From NCBI GenBank assembly GCA_963739455.1, contig CAVUAK010000003.1, positions 40,930 to 104,929 of the forward strand: DNA of 64,000 nucleotides, written 5' to 3'. The notes beneath the pieces were generated by a model. That model did no database searches, had not been told where the DNA came from, and worked only from the letters and a program-made list of their open reading frames with translations. Numbering within the stretch: the stretch's first letter is position 1; each line of letters begins with the position of its first letter. The position numbers and the translations under genes were made by a program. This document shows, piece by piece, positions 51,745 to 63,452 of the stretch. The stretch is from an uncultured Gemmatimonadales bacterium (lineage in GTDB: Bacteria; Gemmatimonadota; Gemmatimonadetes; Gemmatimonadales; GWC2-71-9).

Positions 51745-53806
51745 GTGAGTCCCCACCTGTTCCTGCAGGACCTGGCCCTGGTGCTGTGCGCGGCCGCGCT
51801 CACCACCATCGCCTGCCAGCGGCTGCGCCTGCCGGTGGTCCTCGGGCTACCTGCTTGCCGGGATCATCGTCGGCCCGCACACCCCCATCCCGTTCTTCGC
51901 GCACGACGAAACTGTTCGCACTCTCGCCGAGCTCGGCGTCATCCTCCTGATGTTCTCGCTTGGCCTCGAGTTCAGCCTCCGCGCGCTGGGCCGCATCATC
52001 CCCACGGCCGGTGTCGTTGCCCTGATCGAGGTGGGGCTCACCTTCGGCCTCGGTTTCCAGGTGGCCGCCCTCTTCGGGCTCGGCACGCGCGCCAGCCTGC
52101 TCGCCGGTGCCCTGGTGTCGATTTCGTCGACGATGATCGTGTCGCACGCCTTCCAGGACCTCCGCGTCGAGAAGCGCACGCGCGAGTTCGTCTTCGGGAT
52201 CCTGATCGCCGAGGACCTGGTGGCGATCATGATGCTCGCCACGCTGTCGGCGATCGCCTCGGGTACCGGCGACACCGAGCATGTCCTGATGGCAACCGGG
52301 GGTCGCCTCGTGCTGGTGGTGGCGGCACTGCTCGGACTCGGCCTGCTGGTGGTGCCGTGGGTCTTCCGGAACATCGTGGCCCTGCGACGCAAGGAGACGC
52401 TGCTTGTCACCAGTGTCGGGTTCTGCTTTGCCCTGGCGCTCTTCGCCCAGTCCCAGGGCCTCTCCGTGGCACTCGGTGCCTTCCTGGCCGGTGCATTGAT
52501 CTCGGAGGCCGGGGTCTCGCGTCACGTGGAGCCGCTGGTGGAGCCGCTGCGGGACATGTTCACCGGCATCTTCTTCGTGTCGATCGGCATGCTCTTCGAC
52601 CCCGCAGGCGCGCTGCGCGACTGGCCGCTCATCCTCGCGCTGACGGTGGTGGTGGTGGTGGGCAAGTCGGTCGGCGTCACGGTCGGCGCATTCCTTTCCG
52701 GGCAACCGGTGCGCACGGCAGTGCAGGCCGGCATGAGCCTTACCCAGATCGGCGAGTTTTCCTTCGTCATCGCGACGATCGGTGCCGGGCTCGGCACGGG
52801 TGCCGGGCGCCTGTTCAGCGTGGCCGTGGCCGTCGCAATGCTCACGGCCTTCACCACGCCGCTGCTGATGGGCCGGTCCGAGCGCTTTGCCCTCTACGTC
52901 GATGCCCGGCTGCCGCGCGCGCTGCAGACATTCGTGTCGCTCTACGGCTCGTGGCTCGAACTGTTGCGGCAGCCGCGGGCCGTGTCGGCCTGGTCCCTGG
53001 TCCGGCGCGGGCTGGCGATGCTCGTGCTCTATGCCACCGCACTTGCCGGGATCGTCATCGCCGCTGCCATCAATTTCCCGACCCTCGAAGCGTACCTGCT
53101 GGGCCGGTTCGAGCTCGAGCCCGCCGGGGCGTCGGCACTGGTCATCATCGGCACCGCGATTGTCTCGCTGCCGTTCGCTGTCCTGATGGTTCGCGCCGGG
53201 CGCAACATCGCCGAGAAGCTGGCGGCGCGCGCGCTCCCGCCTCCCTCACGGGGTGTCGACCAGGGCAGGGCACCGAGGCGGACCCTGGTGCTGGCGCTGC
53301 AGGTCGGCGCGCTGCTCTCGGTTGGTCTGCTGATCGTGGCCGTCACCCAGCCATTCCTGCCACGCTTGAGCGCACCGGCCCTGATCGCCCTCGTGCTGGC
53401 ATTCCTCGGCGTGGCGTTCTGGCGCGCGGCGAAGGACCTGCAGGGGCACATGCGCGCCGGCGCCGAGGTCGCGGCCCACATGCTGACGGCGGAGCATCGT
53501 CGGTTCGACAGCGCCGATGGGGCGCTCCTCCAGGTTGAGAAGCTCCTTCCCGGCATCGGCAGCCTCTCGGCGGTGACGGTGCAAGCCGGGGGGCCTGCCG
53601 ACAAGCGCACTCTGGCCGAGCTCAACTTGCGCGGACTCACCGGTGCGACCGTGGTGGCGGTGAGCCGCGGCGACCGCCCGCTCATCTATCCGTCGGGTCG
53701 CGTGCAGCTGGAGGCTGGGGACGTGCTGGCGCTGAGTGGTACAACGGAGGCCGTCGCGGCCGCGAGCGAGCGGTTGTCGGGGCCCGGACCCGATGGGAGG
53801 ACGTGA
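51745..53806 (+). pseudogene. CPA2 (Kef-type) cation/H+ antiporter with C-terminal RCK_C/TrkA-C domain, one extra nucleotide
   Basis: GTG 51745 (VSPHLFLQDLALVLCAAALTTIACQRLRLPVVLG) joins at C 51847 to YLLAGIIVGPHTPIPFF...LMFSLGLEF. The C-terminal region reads LRGLTGATVVAVSRGDRPLIYPSGRVQLEAGDVLALSG. Confidence 0.85.
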
Positions 53807-55218
53807 TGGAGATCAGTGAATTCCGCCGCGCAGGCCATGATCTCGTCGACTGGATGGCCGACTACCTGAAGGATGTCGAGCGCCTGCCGATTACCCCCGA
53901 CGTGAAGCCGGGCGACATCCGTCGCTCGCTTCCGCCGTCACCACCGCAGGTCGCCGAGCCCACCGAGCAGCTGATGAATGACTTCGGCCGGTTGATCCTG
54001 CCTGGCATGACGCACTGGGGTCATCCCGGCTTCTTCGCCTATTTCCCCTCCAATGCGAGCCCGCCGTCCATGCTCGCCGAGATGCTGACGGCAGCCCTCG
54101 GCGCGCAGTGCATGTCATGGCAGACGTCGCCCGCGGCCACTGAGCTGGAGCAGGTGACGATGGAATGGCTGCGCCAGATGCTCGCGCTGCCCGAGGGGTT
54201 CACCGGCGTCATCCAGGACACCTCGTCCACCGCGACGCTGGTGGCACTGCTGACCGCGCGCGAGCGCGCCACCGGGTTTGCCGCCGCCATTCACGGCCTG
54301 CAGGACGTGGAGCGCAAGCTGGTCGTCTACACGTCGCGCGAGCGGCATTCGTCGGTGGACAAGGCGGTGCGCCTGGCCGGCTACGGCATCGAGTCGTTGC
54401 GACTCATCGACCTCGATGACGCGTATGCCATGCGCCCGGACGTGCTGGAGCAGGCCATCCTGGCCGATCTCGCGCAGGGACTCGTTCCCGCCGCCGTGGT
54501 GGCCACCACCGGCACCACCGGTTCCACCGCCATCGATCCGCTCCGCCCCATCGGCGAGATCTGCCGCCGGCACGGCATCTGGTTCCACATCGATGCATCG
54601 TACGCCGGCACGGCGGCAATCCTGCCCGAAAAGCGGTGGATCCTCGACGGGGTGGAGTACGCCGACAGCTTCGTGTTCAACCCGCACAAGTGGATGCTGG
54701 TCAACTTCGACTGCTCCGCCTACTTCGTGAAGGATGTCGACGCATTGCTTCGCACCTTCTCGGCGAGCCCCGAGTACCTGCGCACTGCGCACGATGCCGA
54801 AGTGGCGAACTTCCGCGACTGGGGCATCCAGCTCGGTCGCCGCTTCCGCGCGCTCAAGCTCTGGTGGGTCATCAAGAGCTACGGGGTCGAGGGATTGCAG
54901 GCGATCATCAGGAAAAACTGCGAGTGGGCCACCTCGGTCGCCGAGTGGGTGAGGGCGGACAACCGGTTCGAGCTGATGGCTCCCGTGCCGCTCGGGCTCG
55001 TCTGCTTTCGCCTGCGCCCACGCGAGGGCGAGGACGAGGCGGCATGCAACGAGCGCAACCGGGAGCTCCTGGCCCGCGTGAACGCGACGCGCCAGGTGTA
55101 CTTCTCACACACGGCGCTCGATGGTCGCTACACCATCCGCATGGCGATCGGTGCCCGCGCCACGGAACTGCGCCACGTGCGGGAGGCGTGGGCCCTCATC
55201 GCAGCGAGTGCGGGCTAG
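53806..55218 (+). CDS. pyridoxal-dependent (group II, aromatic-L-amino-acid type) decarboxylase
   Basis: ~470 aa: THWGHPGFFAYFPSN, TSSTATLVAL, HIDASYAG, NPHKWMLVNFDCS (PLP lysine). The start overlaps the antiporter stop (GTGATG). Confidence 0.9.
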   Translation: MEISEFRRAGHDLVDWMADYLKDVERLPITPDVKPGDIRRSLPPSPPQVAEPTEQLMNDFGRLILPGMTHWGHPGFFAYFPSNASPPSMLAEMLTAALGAQCMSWQTSPAATELEQVTMEWLRQMLALPEGFTGVIQDTSSTATLVALLTARERATGFAAAIHGLQDVERKLVVYTSRERHSSVDKAVRLAGYGIESLRLIDLDDAYAMRPDVLEQAILADLAQGLVPAAVVATTGTTGSTAIDPLRPIGEICRRHGIWFHIDASYAGTAAILPEKRWILDGVEYADSFVFNPHKWMLVNFDCSAYFVKDVDALLRTFSASPEYLRTAHDAEVANFRDWGIQLGRRFRALKLWWVIKSYGVEGLQAIIRKNCEWATSVAEWVRADNRFELMAPVPLGLVCFRLRPREGEDEAACNERNRELLARVNATRQVYFSHTALDGRYTIRMAIGARATELRHVREAWALIAASAG

Positions 55219-55311
55219 CTGGCGTCCGATGCTCGGTTGGCCCCGCGCAAGCGCGAGCGCGAGGGGTTGGGCAGGGTAGGGAGGAAGGGCGTCGAGAGCG
55301 CTGGAGCGGGG

Positions 55312-58122
55312 TCAGCCGAGCAAGGGCGCCAAAGCAGGGGCCGACTCGTCGAGCACCTCGCGCAGGTACCTGCCCGTGTGCGATATCTCGACTTCGGCCA
55401 CCGCCTCCGGCGTCCCCTGTGCCACCACCCGCCCTCCTTCATCTCCTGCCTCCGGGCCGAGGTCGATAACCCAGTCCGCCCGCTTGATCACGTCCATGTG
55501 ATGCTCGATGACCAGCACCGTGTGCCCCGCGTCCACCAGCCGGTCGAGCACGCTGATCAGCACCCGCACGTCGTCGAGATGCAGCCCGGTGGTCGGTTCG
55601 TCGAGGATGTACAGCTTGCGCCCCGCCTTCTTGCCCGCCTGCGCCAGTTCCCGCGCAATCTTGAGCCGCTGCGCCTCGCCGCCCGATAGCGTCGTCGCCG
55701 GCTGCCCCAGCCGCAGGTAGCCCAGTCCCACCTGCTGCAGGTGCCAGAGCGCCACGCCCAGCCTTGGCTGGTGCCGGAACCGCGATACCGCCTCTTCCAC
55801 CGTCCACTGCAGCACGTCGTGGATCGACTGCCCGTGGATTTTCACGTCGAGCACTTCACGCTTGAAGCGCGATCCCCCGCAGGTCTCGCATGGCACATAC
55901 ACATCGGCCAGGAACACCATCTCCACCTGCACATGCCCCGCACCCTCACACGTTTCACAGCGGCCGCCCGGCAGGTTGAACGAGAACGTCGCCGGCGTGT
56001 ACTTCCGCTGCCGCGATAGCGGCTGGTTCGCGAACAACTCGCGGATCTCGTCGAAGGCCTTGATGTAGGTCACCGGGTTGGAGCGGGGGCTCCGTCCAAT
56101 GGGTGACTGGTCCACCAGCAGTACGTCCTGCAGCCATTCGGCGCCCGACACCACCCCTTCACCCACCGCTTCGCCAAGGTGGGACTTCGCCGAGTGGCCG
56201 CCATGCAGCCGTGCCTCGAGCTGCCGGTAGAGCACGTCGTGGATCAGTGTGCTCTTGCCCGAGCCCGAGACACCCGTCACCGCGGTGAGCGTGCCCAGCG
56301 GAATGTCGCAGTCGGCGCCGTGCAGGTTATGCAGTCGTGCCCCGCGCAGCTTGAGCCATCGCGGTCCAGCCACGCGGCGAACGCTGGGCACACCGATCCG
56401 CTTCTCGCCGGTGAGGTACTGTCCCGTGAGGGATTGCAGTGGTCCCGTGATCGGGCCCGCATGCACCACCCGCCCGCCATGCTCGCCGGCGCCCGGGCCC
56501 AGCTCGAGCATGAAGTCCGCCTGGCGGATCGCCGCGATGTCATGCTCCACCACCACCACGGTGTTTCCCCCGTCGCGCAGCCGGTGCAGGAGGGCGAGCA
56601 GCCGGTCGGTGTCCCGCGGGTGCAGGCCTATCGAGGGCTCGTCCAGGACGTATAGCGTGTCGACCAGGCGCGACCCGAGTGCATTCGAGAGCGCGATGCG
56701 CTGCGCCTCGCCACCCGACAGCGTGCGGGTCTGCCGGTCCATCGTCAGGTAGCCAAGGCCCACGTCACGCAGGTACTCGACCCGCGGCGACAGTTCCTCG
56801 ACTACCGATCCACCGATCTCCCGCTCGTGTGCCGTGAGCGGCAGCGTGGCGAGCCAGGCGTGGAGGCCGTCGATCGACAGCGCCGACACGTCGGAGATCA
56901 TCCGCCCCGCCAGCCGCACCGCGCGCGCATGTTCGTTGAGGCGCGTGCCCCCGCACGACGGACAGGTCTCCGCCAGCTGGTACTGCCGCAGGAACACGCG
57001 GATGTACTGCTTGTAGCGCTTTTCCTCGAGTCCCTTGAGGAAGGGGAAGATCCCGAGGTAGCCCTTGCTCTTTCCGTGGAGCAGTTCCCGTCGCACCGTC
57101 GCCTTGAGCTTCTTCCACGGCGCGTTCACGTCGGCGCCGAGCTCGCGTGCCTTCTTGTCCAGCGCCCGCCGCCGTGACTCGTAGCGTGGCTTGGTCCACG
57201 GGTCGATCGCGCCATCCGAAATCGCCAGCGACGGGTCGGGCACGATCAGTGACTCGGCGTACTCCAGCACCGCCCCGAAGCCGTTGCACGCCTCGCACGC
57301 ACCGCGCGGATTGTTGAACGAGAAAAGGTTGGGCGTGAGCGGCACGGATGGCGTGTCGCAGGCGCTGCAGGTGGGGAACACGGTGAAGCGCATGCGCCCG
57401 CCATCGTGCAGCACGAGCGCGACCCCCTCGCCCTCGCCGAAGGCCGTGCCCAGCGCCTCACCGAGCCGGGGCGGGGCATTGCCCGTCGACGCGATCGCGA
57501 GACGGTCCACCACCACGAGCAGTTCCTTCGCCTTTGCGAGATCGCGCTTCGGGGGCAGCTCGTCGAGGTGCAGCAGGTCGCCATCGGCCAGTACCCGCAG
57601 GAAGCCCAGTGCCCGCAGGTTCTCCACGATCAATTCATGGCTCGCGCGCGCCGAGGCCGGCAGCGGGAACGCCACCTGGAAGCGCCCGGTCACGGAGGCC
57701 GCCACCGCATCGGTGGCCGACTGCACGGTGTCGCGCCGCACCGGCGCACCGCACTTCCGGCAATACGGCGTGCCAAGGCGGGCCCAGAGCAGCCGGAGGA
57801 AGTCGTACACCTCGGTGGCGGTGCCGACGGTCGAGCGGCTGGAGACGGTGGGATTGCGCTGCTCGATCGCCACGGCCGGCGCGAGGCCCTCGAGGCGGTC
57901 CACCAGCGGCTTCGGCATCCGCTCGAGAAACTGCTTTGCGTACGTGGAGAGCGACTCGATGTACCGCCGCTGGCCCTCGGCGTAGAGGGTGTCGAACGCA
58001 AGGCTCGACTTCCCCGACCCTGAAGGGCCGGTGATCACGATGAGGGCCCGGTGGGGCAGGTCCACCGTGACGCCCTTGAGGTTGTGCTGGCGCGCGTTGA
58101 CGATGCGAATGACGTCCGGCAT
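55312..58122 (-). CDS. uvrA: excinuclease ABC subunit A
   Basis: Start [23 protein letters not shown]. Two ABC modules ([20 protein letters not shown]), zinc fingers (CRKCG, CSAC, CPSCGG, CETCEG..CETCGG). 936 aa with no frame break. Confidence 0.95.
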   Translation of the reverse strand: MPDVIRIVNARQHNLKGVTVDLPHRALIVITGPSGSGKSSLAFDTLYAEGQRRYIESLSTYAKQFLERMPKPLVDRLEGLAPAVAIEQRNPTVSSRSTVGTATEVYDFLRLLWARLGTPYCRKCGAPVRRDTVQSATDAVAASVTGRFQVAFPLPASARASHELIVENLRALGFLRVLADGDLLHLDELPPKRDLAKAKELLVVVDRLAIASTGNAPPRLGEALGTAFGEGEGVALVLHDGGRMRFTVFPTCSACDTPSVPLTPNLFSFNNPRGACEACNGFGAVLEYAESLIVPDPSLAISDGAIDPWTKPRYESRRRALDKKARELGADVNAPWKKLKATVRRELLHGKSKGYLGIFPFLKGLEEKRYKQYIRVFLRQYQLAETCPSCGGTRLNEHARAVRLAGRMISDVSALSIDGLHAWLATLPLTAHEREIGGSVVEELSPRVEYLRDVGLGYLTMDRQTRTLSGGEAQRIALSNALGSRLVDTLYVLDEPSIGLHPRDTDRLLALLHRLRDGGNTVVVVEHDIAAIRQADFMLELGPGAGEHGGRVVHAGPITGPLQSLTGQYLTGEKRIGVPSVRRVAGPRWLKLRGARLHNLHGADCDIPLGTLTAVTGVSGSGKSTLIHDVLYRQLEARLHGGHSAKSHLGEAVGEGVVSGAEWLQDVLLVDQSPIGRSPRSNPVTYIKAFDEIRELFANQPLSRQRKYTPATFSFNLPGGRCETCEGAGHVQVEMVFLADVYVPCETCGGSRFKREVLDVKIHGQSIHDVLQWTVEEAVSRFRHQPRLGVALWHLQQVGLGYLRLGQPATTLSGGEAQRLKIARELAQAGKKAGRKLYILDEPTTGLHLDDVRVLISVLDRLVDAGHTVLVIEHHMDVIKRADWVIDLGPEAGDEGGRVVAQGTPEAVAEVEISHTGRYLREVLDESAPALAPLLG

Positions 58123-58219
58123 GGCGGTGCGAAGAATAGTGACCAGCGGGCTTTCGGGATAGCTTCGGGTTCTCGCACCTGTCGGTGGGTGGGCGTGCTC
58201 CGCTACGTTTCTGCGCCGC

Positions 58220-59302
58220 ATGGCCGCAAAACTCTTCACACCGCAACTGATCCGACGCGGGCTCGAGATCTTCCTCCTGATCTCGCTGGCCGGCTTCGTT
58301 TTCACGTTTATCTACGGCAAGAACCCGCAGGCCGTCCTCGACAAGGCGCTGCACCTCCACTGGCAGTGGCTCCTGGTGGGCCTGGTGCTGGCGTCGATGG
58401 ACTGGATCGGGGGCGGGTTGCGCCTCTGGGTCGTCGCCCGCGTGGTGCACCCCAACCCGCCCATCGGCGGGATGATGCTCGCCGGGGGCATGAGCGCCTG
58501 GGCGGCCTACCTCACCCCGCTGCAGTCGGGCGCAGCGCCGATGATGATCTTCACCATGCGGCGTTTCGGCATTCCAGTGCCGGTGGCCCTGACGTCCACC
58601 CTGATGACGTTCATCGCCACCATTCTCTTCTTCGGCATCGCAGGGCCCCTCGCCATCTTCCTGGGCGCGGGAAAGTCGCTGGGGGCGAAGGACGCGGTGC
58701 TCGGCTTCTCACTGTACGACCTCTACCTCGGCACCTTGAGCGTGTTCGTGGTGCTTGGCGTGGTGCTGCTCGCCGTCATCATCTTCCCGAAGCACATGAG
58801 TGCGCTGGTGCACCGGCTGGCCGAGTGGGCGGGCCGTCGCAGCCGCCGCATCGCCGACCGGCTCGAGGGACTCCGCAAGGGCATCGACCAGGCCCACGAG
58901 TCGGTGCTGGAGTTCAACACGCCGCGGGGCTGGCTCGCGCTGCTCTGGGCCACCCTCCTGTCGGCGCCGTCACACGCGAACAAGCTGCTCGCCGGGTACG
59001 TCGCCATGCGCACGCTGGGCATTCACGCCAACTTCGTGGATATCCTGCTGCTGCAGACGCTGATCACCTTCCTGCTTTACTTCGCGCCCACGCCCGGCGC
59101 CTCCGGCATCGCCGAGGTGCTTTCCGCGCTCATCATGGCGTCGTACGTGCCCAAGGAACTGACCCCGCTCTACATCCTGATCTGGCGCCTCATCCTGAGC
59201 TACTTCACCATCGGCTTCGGCTTCTTCGTCTTCACCACCTGGGTGCGGAAGGGACTGACGGGCATCTCGACCGACGGTGACGAGGGAGTGGAAGGAACTT
59301 GA
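58220..59302 (+). CDS. UPF0104/LPG-synthase-TM-like (flippase-like) membrane protein
   Basis: 360-aa ORF with ~8 TM spans. LTPLQSGAAP and APTPGASGIAE motifs. Divergent from uvrA. Confidence 0.7.
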   Translation: MAAKLFTPQLIRRGLEIFLLISLAGFVFTFIYGKNPQAVLDKALHLHWQWLLVGLVLASMDWIGGGLRLWVVARVVHPNPPIGGMMLAGGMSAWAAYLTPLQSGAAPMMIFTMRRFGIPVPVALTSTLMTFIATILFFGIAGPLAIFLGAGKSLGAKDAVLGFSLYDLYLGTLSVFVVLGVVLLAVIIFPKHMSALVHRLAEWAGRRSRRIADRLEGLRKGIDQAHESVLEFNTPRGWLALLWATLLSAPSHANKLLAGYVAMRTLGIHANFVDILLLQTLITFLLYFAPTPGASGIAEVLSALIMASYVPKELTPLYILIWRLILSYFTIGFGFFVFTTWVRKGLTGISTDGDEGVEGT

Positions 59303-59304
59303 GC

Positions 59305-59335
59305 CCCTGTTCCCTGTTCCCTGTTCCCTGTTCCC
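59305..59335. repeat. tandem heptamer array (CCCTGTT x4)
   Basis: ccctgtt x4 then ccc. Fills the 45-nt gap between two co-oriented genes. Same unit as 41353-41380. Confidence 0.9.
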
Positions 59336-59347
59336 GCAGTTGGCTGG

Positions 59348-61135
59348 ATGGCTGAACTCTCCGAGGACCAGGGCACCGCGGCCTACGACTCCGCCTTGCT
59401 GCGGCGATTGGTGCGGTACCTCCGCCCCTATCGCTGGCAGGCGACGCTGGCACTGCTGTGTCTCATGGCATCGGCCGGCCTGGCGCTGGTCAACCCGCTG
59501 CTGACCCAGCGCGCCCTCGACGTCGCCGTGCCCCAGCGCGACTTCGGCATGCTGCGCACCCTGGCGCTCATTGCGCTCGGTGCCCTCATCCTCGAGTTCG
59601 TGCTCGAGTATGTGCAGTCCCTGGTCACCACGTACATCGGCCAGCGCGTCATGCGCGACCTTCGCCTTGAGATCTTCGAGCACCTCCAGCGGCTCAGCAT
59701 CCCGTATTTCGACCGCAATCCGGTGGGACGGCTGATGACGCGCGTCACCTCCGACGTCGAGACGCTGAACGAGCTCTTTTCATCGGGCGTCGTCACCGTT
59801 TTCGGCGACCTCTTCACGCTCGCCGCCATCATGGCGCTGATGCTGTACGCCGACTGGCGCCTCGCCCTGGTCGCGTTCTCGGTAATTCCGTTCGTCTACT
59901 TGCTCGCCCGGGTATTCCGCCGCCGCGTGCGCGACGCGTTCCGGGACATACGCCTCCTCCTCGCGCGGCTCAACAGCTATCTCCAGGAGCACCTGTCCGG
60001 CATGCGCGTGGTGCAACTCTTCGCTCGCGAGCCGGCCTCGGCGCGCGAGTTCGGTCACATCAACGAGGAGCACCTGCAGGCGCACCTCCGCTCGGTGACC
60101 ATCTACGCGCTGTTCTTTCCCGCCATCGAGATCCTCACGGCGGTCGCGCTGGCGCTGGTGCTCTGGTACGGCGGCCTCCGGACCCTGGGCGGCACCCTCA
60201 CCATCGGCGTCCTGGCCGCATTCATCCAGCTCACCCGGCGTTTCTTCCAGCCGCTGCAGGACCTCTCCGAGAAGTTCAACCTCCTGCAGGCCGCCATGGC
60301 GTCGTCGGAGCGGATCTTCCGTCTCCTGAATGAGCCGGTCACGATTGGGGAGACCACCGCTCCACGCGCGCTGCCAACGCCGGTCCGTGGCGAGGTGCAC
60401 TTCGAGTCGGTCTGGTTCCGCTACAACGACAACGGGCCCTGGGTGCTCTCCGATGTCTCGTTCGTGGCTCGGCCAGGGGAGACGGTGGCACTCGTGGGGC
60501 ACACCGGGGCGGGGAAGACCACCATCATCAGCCTGCTGCTTCGATTCTACGAGCCGACCCGCGGGCGGATCACGGTGGATGGCGTGGACATTCGCGAACT
60601 CTCATTCGGCGAGCTGCGTGGCCTCGTGGGCTACGTCCAGCAGGATCTCTTCCTGTTCACGGGGGACATCCTGCACAACCTGGCGCTTGACGCGCCGCGC
60701 ACGGAAGCCGAGATCCGCCTCGCCGCCGAGCGGGTCGGAGCCGATCGCTTTGTGCGGCGCCTGCCCGATGGCTACCGCCACGTGCTTGGGGAGCGGGGCC
60801 GTTCGCTCAGCGTCGGCGAGCGGCAACTGCTGAGCTTTGCCCGGGCCCTGGCCCTCGATCCGCGTATCCTGATCCTGGACGAGGCGACCAGTTCTGTGGA
60901 CGCCGAGGCGGAGGCGCAGATCCAGCAGGCCGTCGCCCAGTTGATGTCAGGGCGCACCAGTCTGGTCGTGGCCCATCGCTTGAGCACCATCCTGCACGCC
61001 GACCAGATCCTGGTCCTGCACCATGGGGAAATCCGGGAGCGCGGCACGCACCGTGCCCTGCTGGAAGCGGATGGGCTCTATGCACGGTTGCACCGGTTGC
61101 AGTTCGGCACGGAAACGGTCCGGCGCACGGCATGA
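59348..61135 (+). CDS. ABC transporter permease/ATP-binding protein (MsbA/MdlB-like exporter)
   Basis: 595-aa intact ORF with 6 TM. GHTGAGKTT, LSVGERQLLSFARA, ILILDEATSSVD, VAHRLST. Confidence 0.9.
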   Translation: MAELSEDQGTAAYDSALLRRLVRYLRPYRWQATLALLCLMASAGLALVNPLLTQRALDVAVPQRDFGMLRTLALIALGALILEFVLEYVQSLVTTYIGQRVMRDLRLEIFEHLQRLSIPYFDRNPVGRLMTRVTSDVETLNELFSSGVVTVFGDLFTLAAIMALMLYADWRLALVAFSVIPFVYLLARVFRRRVRDAFRDIRLLLARLNSYLQEHLSGMRVVQLFAREPASAREFGHINEEHLQAHLRSVTIYALFFPAIEILTAVALALVLWYGGLRTLGGTLTIGVLAAFIQLTRRFFQPLQDLSEKFNLLQAAMASSERIFRLLNEPVTIGETTAPRALPTPVRGEVHFESVWFRYNDNGPWVLSDVSFVARPGETVALVGHTGAGKTTIISLLLRFYEPTRGRITVDGVDIRELSFGELRGLVGYVQQDLFLFTGDILHNLALDAPRTEAEIRLAAERVGADRFVRRLPDGYRHVLGERGRSLSVGERQLLSFARALALDPRILILDEATSSVDAEAEAQIQQAVAQLMSGRTSLVVAHRLSTILHADQILVLHHGEIRERGTHRALLEADGLYARLHRLQFGTETVRRTA

Positions 61136-61232
61136 GCGGTTCCTGGGCACCTGCAGCTAACCCCAACTTGCTTGCTCGCTTATGGCACGTGGGATACAAT
61201 TGTCGAACTCACATGACACATCTACACCCGGC

Positions 61233-62646
61233 ATGATCCAGATTGAGGTAGGCGGCCGGCGTCATTCCGTCTCCGCGGGAGAGTTCGTGCTTGGATCAGA
61301 TCCCGGCTCGGGGATTCTCCTCGAGGGCCCGGATGTCCTGACACGTCATGCGATTGTGGAGTTGCTCGGCACCGGCGAGGCGGCCATTCGGGTTGCGTCG
61401 CCGGTCGCTGAAGTGCGCGTAAATGGCGTGCGGCTGGGCGCGGAGCCGACCCCGTTGCTGCATGGCGACAAGATCACGCTGGCTGGCCACGAGCTGCGGG
61501 TCGTCGACGAGGCGCGTTCCGGAAGCACCCAGATGATGGCGGCATTCGCCTTCCCGGAATCGAGCAGCACGCCGGTGCCCGGTGCGTCCGGTCCCACGGC
61601 GGCGGGGCGCCTCGTCAGCCTGACCGACGGACGGGAGTACGCCATCACCGCCGCCGGGGTTGTCTTCGGCCGCGATGCCGGCTGCGAAGTTGTCATCGTG
61701 AGCACCGAGGTCTCGCGGCGGCATGCCGAGATCCGTCCCGGCCCCAACGGCTACGTCATCACCGATTCGAGCGCCAACGGCACGATCGTCAACGGCCAGC
61801 GTATTCCCGGCTCGCGGGTCCTGGCGCGCGGTGACGTGATCCGCATCGGCGGCGAGGAGTTCCGCTTCTATGCCCAGCCGGTGGCCGGCATCGCGGCGCC
61901 CATCCTGAGCGGGCCCGCGCTCGGCGCGTCGCAGCGCTTGAACGACACGTTTCATGGGGTGCCCACCACGCCGGCCGCGCTCCCGTCGGTGCCGGCCCTC
62001 ACCGATACGCTCCACGGCATCCCGCCGTTCCCGACGCCGATACCGCCCCCAGCCACGCCGACGCCGGCGCCGGCCGCCGTGGTGATGGCACCGCTCGCCT
62101 CGCTGCTCATCCGTGGTGGTGCGCTCAAGGGGAAGCGTCTGCCGGTGCGTGCCCCGGTGGTGAACATCGGCCGCGCCGACTACAACGACATCGTCCTCCC
62201 CGAGGCCAGCGTCAGCACCGCGCATGCGAAGCTGCAGCGCCGCGAGGGAGTGTGGGTCATTTCCGATCTCGATTCCACCAACGGCACCACCGTCGACGGC
62301 GAACCGGTGAAGGGTGAGTTTCCCCTCTCGCCGGGCGCCACGATCCGCTTCGGCGAGGTCGCGGTGCTGTTCGAGCCCATGGATGCGTCCGCCGACGCAC
62401 ACGCCTCGGGTACCCGGGTCATGCCGCGCATCGACGTGCCGACTCCGCCGCCGGCCGTCGCACCCGCACCAGAGGCGCCCGCGCCGGCGGCCGCCGATGC
62501 CACGGCGGCCCGTACGCCCCGACCGGCGGCGAAGCCACGCACGGTCGTCAGCTCCCCACCCAAAAAGTCATCGGTCTCGACATGGGCGCTCGCTGCTGTT
62601 CGTGATCCTCGCCGCGGTGGCGGCCGCGCTGGTCTTCCTGAGGTAG
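61233..62646 (+). pseudogene. triple-FHA-domain protein with C-terminal TM anchor, one extra nucleotide
   Basis: Three FHA cores: FVLGSDP..TRHAIV..VNG, VFGRDAGCEVVIVSTEVSRRHAEI..SANGTIVNG, NIGRADYNDIVLPEASVSTAHAKL..STNGTTVDG. The tail ...STW|RSLLFVILAAVAAALVFLR is restored by removing 1 nt near ~62586 (position ambiguous, 62560-62590). Confidence 0.8.
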
Positions 62647-62651
62647 CGTCC

Positions 62652-63447
62652 GTGCGCTTCACCTGTGCGGCCCGCACCGACGTCGGCATCGTCCGCTCCG
62701 GCAATGAGGACAACTACCTCATGCTGTCCGATCGCGGCCTGTTCATCGTCGCCGACGGCATGGGCGGCCATGCCGCCGGCGAGGTGGCGAGTGAAATGGC
62801 GGTGCGCCTCATCGCCCGCGAAGTCGGGAGCCTCAAGGGACTCGACAACGGCGGCGCCTCGAACCGGCTGTCCCAGGCCATCCGCACCGCGAATGACGCC
62901 ATCTTTTCCCGCACCCTGGCCGAGCATGACAAGCGCGGCATGGGCACCACCGCCACCGTCATGGTGCTGCTGCCCGGTCGCTACCTCATCGGTCAGGTGG
63001 GCGACAGCCGCGCGTACCTGCTGCGCAACGGCGCCCTGCTCCAGCTGACGAAGGATCACAGCTACGTGCAGGAACAGGTGGACGCCGGGCCTGCTCACGC
63101 CGGAGCAGGCCCGCGTCCACCCGTACGCCAACGTCATTACCCGGTGTGTGGGTGCCAGCGTCGACGTGGTGCCCGACATCTACTTCGGCCACCTGCAGCC
63201 CGGCGACGTGGTGCTGCTCGCGTCCGATGGCCTCACCGGCATGCTGGAAGACGAGCAGCTCGAGCGCATCCTCCGGGTGGAGGGCGGGCCCGAGCGCTGG
63301 GTCGACCGGATGATCACCGAGGCCAATCGCCGCGGCGGCCTCGACAACATCACCGCCATTGCCGTCAAGATCGAGACGGTGGACGGCCCCACCGGCGAGT
63401 ATCACGTCAGCAGCAGCAGCGGCGACGGGATGGCCCGCCAGGCCTAG
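62652..63447 (+). pseudogene. PP2C-family Ser/Thr phosphatase, one extra nucleotide
   Basis: GTG 62652: RTDVGIVRSGNEDN, IVADGMGGHAAGEVAS, GMGTTA, VGDSRAYL. Joins at C 63090 (QVDAG|LLTPEQARVHPYANVITRCVG), then LLASDGLT, RGGLDNITAI. Confidence 0.85.
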
Positions 63448-63452
63448 CAGCG

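Noticed and set aside
50992-53538. 848-aa plus-strand ORF spanning the DMT and Kef genes
   Set aside because: It runs antisense through the DMT gene and out of frame through most of Kef. Only residues around VSPHLFLQDLALVL... are real; they form the Kef N-terminus before the +1 insertion at 51847.
62986-63452. Long reverse-strand extension overlapping PP2C, considered as a genuine antisense-overlapping gene
   Set aside because: The translation becomes low-complexity nonsense after the Pro/Gly tail. A single-base correction gives a normal stop next to a hairpin.
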